64,000 nt of DNA from Terriglobia bacterium (GCA_963664115.2 CAXWPJ010000006.1:1-64000); one strand, 5' to 3'. Numbered from the stretch's first letter, positions 43,860-54,062 are shown. Made by a program: numbers and translations. The notes: generated from the letters alone by a model not told the origin.

Positions 43860-44960
43860 TCATTGATCCGTTTGACAATCGTAGATCGGAATCGAATCTC
43901 CAAGAGCCAGCCAATAACCCTCGATGGTTGCGGGTTCGGTGAAGGTTTGCGGGTCAGTTACTGTTATTTGGAAATCCAGGCGGCTCTGATCGTTGCTCAC
44001 GGTAAACCGTTCCACGATTTCGACTGCCTCGCTTTGTGGCGTACCGATGGTGTCGAAGAAGGGCCAGTTGATTCGACTGGTTCTAACGACCAGGGTTCCC
44101 TCTTGCCATTCTCCTACCGAGTAACCCAGCCTTGAAGCGGGTTCGTTGGGAGGGGGCTCGGATCGATTCAGATGGATCGTCCGCTCAATGTCGTAAAACT
44201 CGGTCCTCAGCGTAATCTGATCCCGATGATCGATGAACTCGAAAGGATGCGGATTGGTCATGATTCTCGGCATGCCTTCCGGTTCGCAACGGATCGCGAA
44301 ATTGTCGAACATGTCCCATGACTCCCTTGCAGCAATCGCGGATTCCTGAAAGGGCAGGTGGGTAACTACTCGACGAGCACGTCCACGTGGAACACTCCAG
44401 ACGCGAAAAATTCCCTCACCGTCGCCGTTCAGCCCACGTTCAGCCAACAAATCTCGACCGCCAAGTATCTCTTCCGACCATCGAGGCTGGGTTGGCCAGA
44501 GCAATACCTCACGCCCATCTGTAAACAAAATGTTGGTGGCGAGAAAGTCCAGCTCGTCGCGACTCGATCTCCTACCGGCCACCCTCACACGCTCGCCTAT
44601 TGTGAACAAGTCTTGGGTTATACCTTGGCGCTGCAAGTTATAAATAGAATTTCCATGCATGATCCGAATCTCTTCCTCACCGTTGGTATTCATCGTTTTT
44701 ACAGCGATTCTAATGTGTGGGTTTCTCCACTCTAAAGCCAGGAGTTCGCCTACCGCTTCAGTGATTTCGTCGACGTAACCAGCAACGGAATGGTGAGCGG
44801 ACACGACGACGGGCCAACTAAAGAAGACACCAGCCATCGCAAGGCCACCAAAGAGGAGCCTCCTTCTAACCCGTTTCCGTCGTGTCGCAATTCGGTCCAG
44901 CATGTCTTTCCCTCCGATTCCCTTGAGGTAGGTCACATGAAAACGAAGAATGTACTGCAT
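43860..44960 (-). CDS. Fusion of a DUF6152-like domain and a 'GYSVGEWQEGTLVV' domain (start uncertain)
   Basis: AHHS…WRNPH N-domain; CEPEG, the family motif and YDC in the C-domain. Confidence 0.85.
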   Translation of the reverse strand: MQYILRFHVTYLKGIGGKDMLDRIATRRKRVRRRLLFGGLAMAGVFFSWPVVVSAHHSVAGYVDEITEAVGELLALEWRNPHIRIAVKTMNTNGEEEIRIMHGNSIYNLQRQGITQDLFTIGERVRVAGRRSSRDELDFLATNILFTDGREVLLWPTQPRWSEEILGGRDLLAERGLNGDGEGIFRVWSVPRGRARRVVTHLPFQESAIAARESWDMFDNFAIRCEPEGMPRIMTNPHPFEFIDHRDQITLRTEFYDIERTIHLNRSEPPPNEPASRLGYSVGEWQEGTLVVRTSRINWPFFDTIGTPQSEAVEIVERFTVSNDQSRLDFQITVTDPQTFTEPATIEGYWLALGDSIPIYDCQTDQ

Positions 44961-45055
44961 GTCAATCTTTGTCTACGTCAACGCTGCATGGGCTCGTGAA
45001 TCATGCCATCCCAACAGAGTCGGATGGCAGACCTGTCCATCTCCGAAATCCATTC

Positions 45056-45089
45056 TCAAGTCCTGTTAAATCATCTTGTCGGACGTTGA
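45056..45089 (+). repeat. 34-bp site copy 10
   Basis: TCAAGTCCTGTTAA ATCATC TTGTCGGACGTTGA. Confidence 0.95.
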
Positions 45090-45275
45090 GAATTGGCATT
45101 TGCGGAATGTTCCGTTGCTATCGAGTTCTAGATCACTGTAGTTATGCCCCGCAGCGTATATCCGGCAATGTTGAAGGTCGCATTCGAACCAAAACGGATA
45201 GTCGAACTGAGGAGGTAGGCTCGTCAGAGCGCCCAGAGTGCACGCTCTACGAAAACTGAAAGAACACTGTGGCGA

Positions 45276-46835
45276 CTATTCCTGCATTACCCTCTCGTGC
45301 AACATTTCGACCGTCCTCCAGGCAGCTTGGATGGCGCCTTCGAGCCACGCCGGACGCGAACTGGCGCCCGCACATCCCATATAGATCCGACCATCGGCCT
45401 TGCTGAGTTGTTCCAGATGCGCTCCACGCGGGGTGCTGTGGTAGGCGCCCAGGCTGTACGGAACTTTTTCCCACCAAACACAGTATGCGCTCTCGAATTC
45501 TTCGCGCATCTGAGGATGCACCTTGCCCGCATAGGTAAGCACGTGATCAATTCGGGCCTCGAGAGGCATGTCCGCCAGATCCGCCATCTCGCCATTACCG
45601 TAAAAGCCGAGGAGAACGCCCTTTTGGGTAAAAAAGTCGTTCGAAGGGTAGGAAAACTCTCCGAGCTGGAGACTCCGTGTCCAAAGGTGCCCACCGAAGA
45701 TCCCCTCGTCCTCTTCCCAGAAGCGCCGCCTCATCTGCAATCCCATCTTGGCGCTCGTACTGTGACGGCTGTCATTCACGGCCTGGGTCATCTCGGCCGA
45801 CAGGTTCGCGTCGATTCCTTTCATGACGGCCATCGGCAGGCAGCAGACGCAGTAATCGGCGGTCTCCTCCCGCTCGGTGCCGGTTCTCGTCTCTCGGTAG
45901 ACTACTCGAACGCCATCGCCTGTCTGGCGAATCGTCTTCACTTCGGCTTCCAGTGTGATCCGGTCGCCGAGAGCACGCTGGAACGCCAGAGGGATCTCCA
46001 TCATGCCGCCCACGGGCTGAAATAGCGGGTCGGGTCCCCCGGTTCCGGCTTCGAGCGATCGGACGCGACTTCCAAACCCCGACTGGAGCAGCGCGCCGAG
46101 ATCGTAGGGATCCTGAGAGCCGCGGGAGTTGGGCGGCTGGTACACGTGATCTTCGGAATCCAGGTATCCCGCCCGGACCAGAAATTCAACCAGCAGATTC
46201 TTGTCTCCTTCCGTGAGCGGGAGGTCAATCGCACCCTGTTCCATCGCCTTCGTGAGCAACTCGGTCGTGGAGCCCCACAGGTCGGCCTTGACCTCCCGCA
46301 GGCGGACCCGCCTGCCCGACAGCGGTCCCCGTTCGGGGTCTTCTTCGTAAAAGTAGTTTGCATCGCTCGAGTTGACGAACAGTTCCAGTGGAACGCCGAG
46401 CTCCTTGCAGTAGCCCAAGATCCCCTTGTCGGCATTCGGAATGCGCCACGCGCCTGCGTTGAAGTACTGCCCCTCGTCGAATCGACAGACCTGCCGCTCC
46501 CCGCCGACTTCGGTGTGCCCCGATCCACGGCGGAGCGTCCACATGAGGCCGCCGACCCGATCACGGGCTTCGAGGATCCTGTAGTCGTATCCCAGCTTCC
46601 CCAGCTCGTAACCAACCGTCAGACCAGACAACCCCGCACCCAGGACAACAACCCGTGTCCCGGGCGGCCTCCCCTGCAAAAGCGGCCGAGGGCCGGAAGG
46701 AGCGCCCATCAGACCCCATGTATTCATGGTGCCCACGACCAGGGAGGAACCACCCACGGCGCCAAACCGCTCGAGAAGCTGACGCCGGGTCATCACTGAA
46801 GGATTCGTCCGTTTATCGTGTGGTTGATGGCTCAT
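45276..46835 (-). CDS. Flavin monoamine oxidase / L-amino-acid oxidase family protein
   Basis: Motifs GAGLSGL, EARDRVGG, NAGAWRIP and WLEGAI. Confidence 0.92.
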   Translation of the reverse strand: MSHQPHDKRTNPSVMTRRQLLERFGAVGGSSLVVGTMNTWGLMGAPSGPRPLLQGRPPGTRVVVLGAGLSGLTVGYELGKLGYDYRILEARDRVGGLMWTLRRGSGHTEVGGERQVCRFDEGQYFNAGAWRIPNADKGILGYCKELGVPLELFVNSSDANYFYEEDPERGPLSGRRVRLREVKADLWGSTTELLTKAMEQGAIDLPLTEGDKNLLVEFLVRAGYLDSEDHVYQPPNSRGSQDPYDLGALLQSGFGSRVRSLEAGTGGPDPLFQPVGGMMEIPLAFQRALGDRITLEAEVKTIRQTGDGVRVVYRETRTGTEREETADYCVCCLPMAVMKGIDANLSAEMTQAVNDSRHSTSAKMGLQMRRRFWEEDEGIFGGHLWTRSLQLGEFSYPSNDFFTQKGVLLGFYGNGEMADLADMPLEARIDHVLTYAGKVHPQMREEFESAYCVWWEKVPYSLGAYHSTPRGAHLEQLSKADGRIYMGCAGASSRPAWLEGAIQAAWRTVEMLHERVMQE

Positions 46836-46885
46836 GAGACTTAGTCCTCATTGGGATCCTGAAACGGAGCCGGCGGGCCCGACCT

Positions 46886-47899
46886 CTACGCGATTACCTG
46901 CTGATAGGCATCTACAATCTCACTCCCGGTTGGAAACCAGACACCATCGTGCTGCTGAAAGTGCGCAATCGCTCTTTCCAGGTAAGGCGTGCGACGAGGC
47001 TGTCCCGTCAGGAACGGATGGAGCGGAATCCCCATGACGCGGGCCGTTTTCTGGCTGTCGGCGTAAAGACTGTCAAACTGGTCCGTGAGTGCCTGAAAGT
47101 ATTGTTCCCCGGTATAGTTGTGGCGGAGGAGGAGCGACATGTCGTTGATTTCCATGCCGTAGGGAACAGCGAAGAGCTGGCCGGTATTCACCCTCATGGC
47201 GATTGGCTGATCGTCGATGTTCCAATCGCCGACGTAGACGACTCCTTCTTCAGCGAGAAGATCGGGGGTATTGAAAGTTTCCACGAGCCCCGGCCCTAGC
47301 CAGCCGCGCGGCCGCTTCCCGGTCGCCTGCTCGATGGTCCGCAGCGTTGTCCGGATCACTTCCCGTTCTTGCTCCAGGGGAAGGTTCGCCAGGTTCGAGC
47401 TATTCGTGATTCCGTGGCCCATGAACTCCCAGCCTCGGTTCTGCATCTCTTGAACCGCTGTGGGAAACACCTCGCAGACCATGGAATTCAACGCCACCGT
47501 TGCCCGGATTCCTGCCGCATCGAGCACATCCGCAATTCTCCACAGCCCTACCCGGATTCCATAATCTCGCCACGCATAGTTGATAACGTCGGGTACCCGG
47601 TTATTAGTATTGGGAGATATCGCCGCACCGGCCGGTGAGTCGAACTGCCACACTTCAACGTTGGGAATAATCCACACCGCGAGTGTCTTACCTCCCGGCC
47701 ACGTAAAAGGTCTACGCTCAAAAATGAACGAATCCTCATAGCGGTCTGCTCTTCGCATGATGGGGCTTCGTTGTTGCGCACTCGCGCCAAGTGGCCCTTG
47801 GAATCGAGAGGCGGCCAGCACGCCGGCCGCACCGGCCAGCGCCGACCCGACAAAGCAACGACGGTTCACACCCTTGGATTTCATTCTACGTCCCTCCAT
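46886..47899 (-). CDS. Polysaccharide deacetylase family protein (PuuE-like), Tat signal
   Basis: Motifs WRDYG.RVG, MGHG, PRGWLGP and PLHPF. Confidence 0.9.
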   Translation of the reverse strand: MEGRRMKSKGVNRRCFVGSALAGAAGVLAASRFQGPLGASAQQRSPIMRRADRYEDSFIFERRPFTWPGGKTLAVWIIPNVEVWQFDSPAGAAISPNTNNRVPDVINYAWRDYGIRVGLWRIADVLDAAGIRATVALNSMVCEVFPTAVQEMQNRGWEFMGHGITNSSNLANLPLEQEREVIRTTLRTIEQATGKRPRGWLGPGLVETFNTPDLLAEEGVVYVGDWNIDDQPIAMRVNTGQLFAVPYGMEINDMSLLLRHNYTGEQYFQALTDQFDSLYADSQKTARVMGIPLHPFLTGQPRRTPYLERAIAHFQQHDGVWFPTGSEIVDAYQQVIA

Positions 47900-48277
47900 T
47901 CTCTTCCGCGCCGCCCTGAAGCAAAACTAAGCTTGCCGTTTATTCAAAGACGGCGGGACAGTGTCCTTTCGAGCCCCTCGAACGACGCTCGGACGAAGCT
48001 CCGGCTTTTCCGCGTCGGGCAAAGCTCAGAGGAAAATCTGCCATTTCAAACACATTCGCACCGTGATGCCTTCGTGTCGCTACCACATCTGGAGGGCATT
48101 CTACTGCCTTCCATCCCCATTGCGGGAGCGAAAGCGACGTACACGCAACACCCGCTTCAGAGGAACGATCTTCGCTATGGACGGAGACAGCCCCGCCTCC
48201 CTTACTGAGAAACACTTGAAGAGCCGTCTGCCTGACGACACAGTATCCAAGTATTATCAGGAGCACCTTGTGCTGTT

Positions 48278-48380
48278 GAACTGAAGGAACGCTTGCCGGC
48301 GCCGCAAAGCCGCGTTCTATGGCCTCAACATCCTTGAAATCCATTCTCAAGTCCTGAGAAATCATCTTCTCGGACGTTGA
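48278..48380 (+). repeat. Degenerate motif B (to 48303) plus 34-bp site copy 11 (48347-48380)
   Basis: GAACTGAAGGAACGCTTGCCGGCGCC … TCAAGTCCTGAGAA ATCATC TTCTCGGACGTTGA. Confidence 0.93.
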
Positions 48381-48390
48381 GAAATCTAGA

Positions 48391-48539
48391 CTGCGAACAA
48401 ACTGCGAACAAGATACCGCCAAACACCCCGAATTAGCTGTATTGACCCCAAACCAGAACCCCTTAGAACCAACAACATAAGGTGTTTGTGAAGAATTCAC
48501 ACGCAGGAAGTCATCGGTTCAAGTCCGGTCGGTCCCATT
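48391..48539 (+). repeat. att-like unit 1: CTGCGAACAAA tandem arms plus tRNA-Val(CAC) 3' half (48496-48537)
   Basis: TTCACAC anticodon loop, ATCGG-TTCAAGT-CCGGT T-arm, no 5' half. Confidence 0.85.
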
Positions 48540-49088
48540 CCTAACCCCTGCATAGTCAATACCTTCTAATTGACGTGTTCGCGCCCCACCGCGGGATGCG
48601 AACAAGTTTCGATCGATCCACAGGGCTGTTGCACGAAGGCCCCAAAGGAAGCAGACTCGGTTCAGGCGGGGTGGCAAGTTTTCGGTAAGCCGTTATAGGG
48701 CCATCGGAACTCTTCCGAGTTGCTAGACAGCACCTTATGGTCGTTTGGAGCAGCCGTGTAAATCCACGGATTGGCGCTGTACCACGCAAGCGGCCTCGAC
48801 AGCGAGTCCAAGGAAGCGCTTTACTAAACACAAGGCGACTAGGGAGGAGTAATCGGGTGTTCTGCTTCGTGCCCCTCGACATAACACCCATACCGCGACA
48901 CTGTCCGCGCTCCGATCGTCTTCAGACCCTTCTTATTCCGCTTATCCGCCGTATTTTTTTGATTCGTTTATGATAAGGATCTTTCCCTTGCATTCGATAA
49001 ATGCCTTTGATGCAACAAAAAGTTCTTTTACCATGCACCTGTTGGAACTGGTGTGATTCTTAAAGGTTTTGTGCACAAATATTAAATA

Positions 49089-49604
49089 GTGAGGAATTTT
49101 TATTTTCTTATGAGAGGCATAGTTGCTGCAACGTTACTCACGGTTCTTATGGCAGGTACTGCAAGGGCGCAAGAGCCTGTTCCAGAGGATTTTTCTTTCT
49201 ATTATTCTGTAAGCAGCATGGGTTCCGAGCATAGCTACGATAGCAATGAAAATATGCGGAGAATTCCGTTGCCATGTTTTGAAGATTATTTTTTTTATGC
49301 GCGGTTAACGCCTGTGCAAAAAGGGGAGATTTATGACGCAATAATGAAAAATGACCTTTTGTCTGTGAGAAGAGATCTCACACAACCTCCTGATGGTTCT
49401 CCTGAAGGGGCTTTGGGATTGCCTTTGGCTACTGTTCAAGGTCAATTTGGGTTTAGGGCAGATGGAAGGAGGATTTTTCTCACCTTTAATGAAAAAACTC
49501 GTGATGATAAATGGAGTGATGTGCACCAAGTTGTTCGCGGCGTGTTACAGCAGGTAGATGATGCATATGAGTTTCCAGATGATGAGTGTTCAGGTGACCA
49601 GTAA
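49089..49604 (+). CDS. Hypothetical secreted protein in a low-GC segment
   Basis: 171-aa ORF with signal-like N-terminus; visibly AT-rich. Confidence 0.7.
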   Translation: MRNFYFLMRGIVAATLLTVLMAGTARAQEPVPEDFSFYYSVSSMGSEHSYDSNENMRRIPLPCFEDYFFYARLTPVQKGEIYDAIMKNDLLSVRRDLTQPPDGSPEGALGLPLATVQGQFGFRADGRRIFLTFNEKTRDDKWSDVHQVVRGVLQQVDDAYEFPDDECSGDQ

Positions 49605-49693
49605 TTCGCAAAATTTCTCTGAACGTTGCCAGTATCATTAATAGTGCAAACCCCAAGCGGTACTCTAATTACCGGACATTGCAGTCTAGCTGG

Positions 49694-49842
49694 CTGCGAA
49701 CAAACTGCGAACAAGATACTGCCGAACACCCCGAATTACCTGTATTGAGCCCAAACCAGAACCCCTTAGAACCAACAACATAAAGTGTTTGTGAAGAATT
49801 CACACGCAGGGGGTCATCGGTTCAAGTCCGGTCGGTCCCATT
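49694..49842 (+). repeat. att-like unit 2 with tRNA-Val(CAC) 3' half (49799-49840)
   Basis: Near-identical to 48391-48539. Confidence 0.88.
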
Positions 49843-49856
49843 AGCAGCCCCCGCCC

Positions 49857-51245
49857 GAGTTATAACCGAATCTGGGTTTAGGGATTGAATAAGAGCGGCG
49901 TATCTGCGTTGATTTGTTCGACAAAACTTCAAAGCAACCCTAGGAGATACGCCACTGTGAGCAAGAGTAACGTGACGTTCATGGACCGGAAGGTCGAGAA
50001 ACGTTGTTGAGTGATCCAGTAACAGAACTACTACGAGTTGGCGGCACAGCAACTGACCCCAACGCACGCAGTGGAAGCCGAATTGGCCACTTCGGAACTG
50101 CTATCCCAGACACAGGCCGGCGAACTAAGACAGGAAACGCCGGGGTGGTATTCCCGCAACGGTTATCTGCCGGAACGCGAACTGCAGACGGGATTGGGTC
50201 CGGTAACAGTCCAAATCCCGAACTTGGTCCGTGCCAAGACGGGCGAAGCTGTGACGTTCCGATCGGCCCTGGTACCACCGTACATTCGGAAGACGAAGTC
50301 GCTGGAAGCAGCGGTGCCGTGGTTCGTATTTGAAAGGCTGTTTCCAGCGGCGAGATGGGTGAGGCCCTAAAAGTTCTTGTCGGTCCTGGGGCGCAGGGTC
50401 TGTCGGCGAGCACGGTATCGCGGTTGAAACAGGTTTGGGGCGAACAGTACCGCCTCGGATGCGAGGAGCGTTTCCGGATGCAGATCGCTGGGTCTACCGC
50501 CTGGGCCGACGGCATCTACAGCGGACTTCGGGCGGAACAAACCAAGTTCGGTGCATTGGTCGTGATCGGCGTGAATGAACGCGGAGAGAAGCGTTTCCTG
50601 GCGATCGAAGACGGTGTACGGGAATCGACCACAGAGTTGGCCGAGGTCTTGTTGAAGCTGAAGTCCCGTGTGGGATACGAATGTTCCGAATTTGGCATCG
50701 GTGACGGTTGCGATGGGGTTCTGGGCCGCACTGGAGGAAATCTGTTACTGGACCGTCAACAACGTTGCTGGACCTTCCGGCACAAACGTCATGAACGTCC
50801 TCAAGTGGCCTGCCCAAGTTGTCCAGGCGAAGCCGAAACAGGCCCTGCACTCGATGGCAGGCCGAGACGATTCAGACGCCGAGCCCAAGGCACCAGATTG
50901 TTCATTGAAACCTATGAACCGAAGTATCCGAAAGCCGCACTCTGCCTGCAGAAAGACAGAAGGAACTGCTGGCCTTTTATGACTTTCCGGCCAAGTGTTC
51001 AGGTGACCAGAGCATTCAGAACGACGAATCCCATTGAGTCGACCGTTTGCCACCATTAACAGTGAACGAAGCGATCCAGAGGTTGCCGGACACGCTTTGG
51101 CATGCTGCACTGGATGTTCAAACACCAGTGCGCTGAGAACAATTGGCGACGATTCGGGATTCGAGCTGAGCAAGGTAATCATCGGAGTGAAATTCAACGA
51201 TGGTGTCGAAGCGACACAGTCGCAGGCCGCATCGGTCAATCTCCT
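49857..51245 (+). mobile_element. IS256 copy riddled with indels (probably low-coverage consensus)
   Basis: Colinear with the 19100 copy; flanked by the 20-bp duplication CCCATTAGCAGCCCCCGCCC. Confidence 0.85.
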
Positions 51246-51289
51246 CCCATTAGCAGCCCCCGCCCCTTGGGTGGGTCTAGTTCGACTTC

Positions 51290-52039
51290 CTAGCGGCTGC
51301 AGCCTTGCGCGGTTTCTGCGAACCCGTCGAACAGGCGACCCGCCTGGTCACCCCTCAGTGTTTCGATGCCGTGGGGCTGCCCCGTCTCGACGGTGTAACG
51401 GGCAAGGGTGCCTTTGGAACTCAGGTAGTTGGCTTCCCTCTCCATTTCGTTGTGCCACATGTACCGGTCGAATTCGCCCACGTACAAAAACACACACATA
51501 TTCGAAATCGCATCGAGCTTGGCGTTGCTGGGTCGCCACATGTATCCGGGAAAGGCTGTAACCGAAAGGAAGTAATTTGGATAGGCCGCTGCCACGTGGA
51601 ATGCCGCGATCCCGCCGTTGGACGGTCCCGCGATATGGAACTTCCGCTCTTGGATCCGATACTCGGCCATGATCAAATCGAGGAATTCCGGAATGAGACG
51701 CTCCCCGCCCTGGAAAAACAACTCCCCGTTCGGCGCGGCCGGCGCGACAACGATGTACCCCCGCTTCTCGGCCTCCGCGCGGAAGTTCCGATCGAGCGCG
51801 CGATCCACTGTGTTCATCGTCTGCGGCCCGCCGCCGAAGACGAGAATGCCGGGATACGCCAGAGCCGGATCGTAGCCGTTCGGCAGCACCACCTTGTAGC
51901 TCAGGGTTGTCCCCGCGATGGTCTTCGTCGCTTCCTTCACTTCGGCCACTTCGGCGTCGAGGGGCCCGACTGTGATGAAGATGCAGGCGGCGATTGCGAT
52001 CATCGGAGGCATCCACCTCGTTGAAATCGGTCGATTCAT
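51290..52039 (-). CDS. Secreted alpha/beta hydrolase (esterase-like)
   Basis: Motifs GPSNGG, GEFD and PH. Confidence 0.8.
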   Translation of the reverse strand: MNRPISTRWMPPMIAIAACIFITVGPLDAEVAEVKEATKTIAGTTLSYKVVLPNGYDPALAYPGILVFGGGPQTMNTVDRALDRNFRAEAEKRGYIVVAPAAPNGELFFQGGERLIPEFLDLIMAEYRIQERKFHIAGPSNGGIAAFHVAAAYPNYFLSVTAFPGYMWRPSNAKLDAISNMCVFLYVGEFDRYMWHNEMEREANYLSSKGTLARYTVETGQPHGIETLRGDQAGRLFDGFAETAQGCSR

Positions 52040-52297
52040 CTGATATCTCCTTACCTCAGGACAGTTGGGCTCGGCTTCCTGTTATCCGGTGTTTCTCGAG
52101 CTAAGGGCATTGGCTAAGAGTTGTCGGCGAGATTCTGGTTGGTTTGTGGGCGTGCCCTTAGCAGCGGCCAGCATCCTTTCGACGCCAACTGTTTTCGGTA
52201 ATTTAACAACGCTTGCGGTGAAAGTTGCTCGGCTCAACTCTCCAGATCTTTGACACGGCTCACCAGCACCTCACTGGCGGCGATTATAGCAAGCGCC

Positions 52298-52405
52298 CTG
52301 CGAACAAACTGCAAACAAAAAATTGCCGAACACACCGAATTAGAACCCATAAGCCCAATCAAGAACACCTTAGAACCAACAACATGAGGTGATTGTTAGG
52401 AATTC
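52298..52405 (+). repeat. att-like unit 3, diverged; stops just before the tRNA half. Further arm pair at 52551-52577
   Basis: CTGCGAACAAACTGCAAACAA…CCGAATTAG…CCTTAGAACCAACAACAT…GAATTC. Confidence 0.8.
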
Positions 52406-53053
52406 CGCGGATGCGTTCTTCGCAACCGATCTGCTTCAGGATGCCGCATAACTCGTCAAAGTCCGCATTCGCATCAGACGCGCCCCGGAGAATTCGGTCC
52501 AGGGCTTTTCGAAACGCGGTCATTGGCTCACTCTAGCGCAAAACGGCTGACTGCGAACTAACTGCGAACAAAAATTGATCATCGCAACAATTCTGGCGGG
52601 TCCAAACGGCCCGCCTTGTTCTATGTTCACACAGCGGTCCAGCACCACATACCGTGGATGCTCGTAATCAGCGTCGCCTCCATTCGAGATCACGATCACT
52701 GGCGCGACCGCTGAAATGCAGTCACCGCCGGCTCCTCCGAACCGATTCAGCGGCGCGCGGAGCGAATCGTTGAGTCCCGAAAACAATCCGTGCCATCCGA
52801 ATTGTTCGCCGGACGGGCGTCAGGAGCTTCTGTTTTCAGACCTTCTATGGAGTAAATCCATGGGGGCGTTGTTGCTCGGGTCGTACATTACTATTTCAGG
52901 GTCGAGAGTCGTCTCGTCAGCCCGCGTGTACGGTTCGATAAACCGAGACCGGCCAGGTGATTTGAAGCGTAAATTCTGTCGGCGCCCGGTTTCCCACATG
53001 CGAAAATTATTTGAATCGAAGACGAGATCTGGAGTAGGGTCTAAAGACAAGCG

Positions 53054-53395
53054 ATGTATAAATCCTTTTCATTGACGGGAGTGATATCCTTAGCCCTTTT
53101 GTCGGCGGCCATCTGTCAATGCAACATGGTGGCGATGATGGCGGCTACACCGGCGGATCACTGCGCGCCTGCCGAGGAAGGGGATGCGCCCGTTGAGCGG
53201 TGCTGTTTCACGCAAGCGGCCAAGGTCGAGTCCGTTGAGTTAACGGTCCCGACGCCTGCCGTACACACGGCCGTCTTGTGGGCAGAGTCTGTAGCAAGCT
53301 CGAAGATCGGTTCCCAACTATCTTCCGGAAAAATCCTCCAGTTGCCTCCTGGAAGAGAGAGTCTGACCCACCAGATCTGCGTCCTGTTGATCTGA
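53054..53395 (+). CDS. Small Cys/Met-rich protein leading the copper operon
   Basis: CQC, HC and CC motifs; position upstream of the copper genes. Confidence 0.6.
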   Translation: MYKSFSLTGVISLALLSAAICQCNMVAMMAATPADHCAPAEEGDAPVERCCFTQAAKVESVELTVPTPAVHTAVLWAESVASSKIGSQLSSGKILQLPPGRESLTHQICVLLI

Positions 53396-53615
53396 TCCCC
53401 TGTTGCACTGTCCGCTCGAACGGACACCTTTTCTATCCCTGCGCTGCGAACCAAAGCGAGGCTCCGACCATGTTCGTGCGCGTAAGGAAAACTGCCGACG
53501 AAGACATTTTGGTGAACGAATTCCGGATCATGGGATGGATCCTGCTGATCTTCCTGTCGATGCCCATCGCCTCACTAGCGGAGCGGCGGGGTCCGCATCC
53601 GCTGAGGAGAAACTA

Positions 53616-54062
53616 ATGAAAACGAACACAAGGTATCTAGCATTCGCAACAACGCTGGGAATCTTCTTTTTTGTAGCAAGCGCATTCGCTCACGTGACCA
53701 TTGCCCCGAGGGAGTCCTCCACCGGCGGGAGTGAAACCTACACGATGCGGGTTCCTACCGAACGAGACAGTGCCACGGTCCGGATCGAAGCCGAATTTCC
53801 TATGGGCATGACGGTCTCCGACTTCGAGTCCAAAACCGGCTGGACAATCGAACCGACAACAAACGCTGCGGGCGAAGTTGTCAGCGTAGTGTGGAGCGGT
53901 GGATCGATCGCTCCCGGCCAGGCTGAACAATTCAGCTTCACTGCGCGAAATCCTGGAGACGCCACCACTCTCATGTGGCAGGTCGTTCAAACCCATGCGG
54001 ATGGAAGCACCGCGGAATGGATGGGCGAAAGGGCGCCGACTGTAGTGATCAGCGGCGACTAG
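53616..54062 (+). CDS. YcnI/DUF1775 copper-binding protein
   Basis: Motifs AHVTI.P, MRVPTE and Q…DG…W. Confidence 0.85.
   Translation: MKTNTRYLAFATTLGIFFFVASAFAHVTIAPRESSTGGSETYTMRVPTERDSATVRIEAEFPMGMTVSDFESKTGWTIEPTTNAAGEVVSVVWSGGSIAPGQAEQFSFTARNPGDATTLMWQVVQTHADGSTAEWMGERAPTVVISGD

Noticed and set aside
24229-48380. CRISPR array interpretation of the 34-bp palindromic repeat
   Set aside because: The intervals are 0.35-5.8 kb and contain genes, and no cas genes are present.
24229-48380. Canonical integron attC array
   Set aside because: The sites are only 34-40 bp, lack a paired RYYYAAC…GTTRRRY, cargo lies in both orientations, and there is no IntI.
39619-48500. ORFs sharing 'STSEKMISQDL' or 'VREDDFSGLEN' peptides
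   Set aside because: These are translations of the non-coding repeat, not a protein family.
48496-48537. Functional tRNA-Val genes at 48.5 and 49.8 kb
   Set aside because: Only the 3' half is present; there is no D-arm or 5' acceptor strand.
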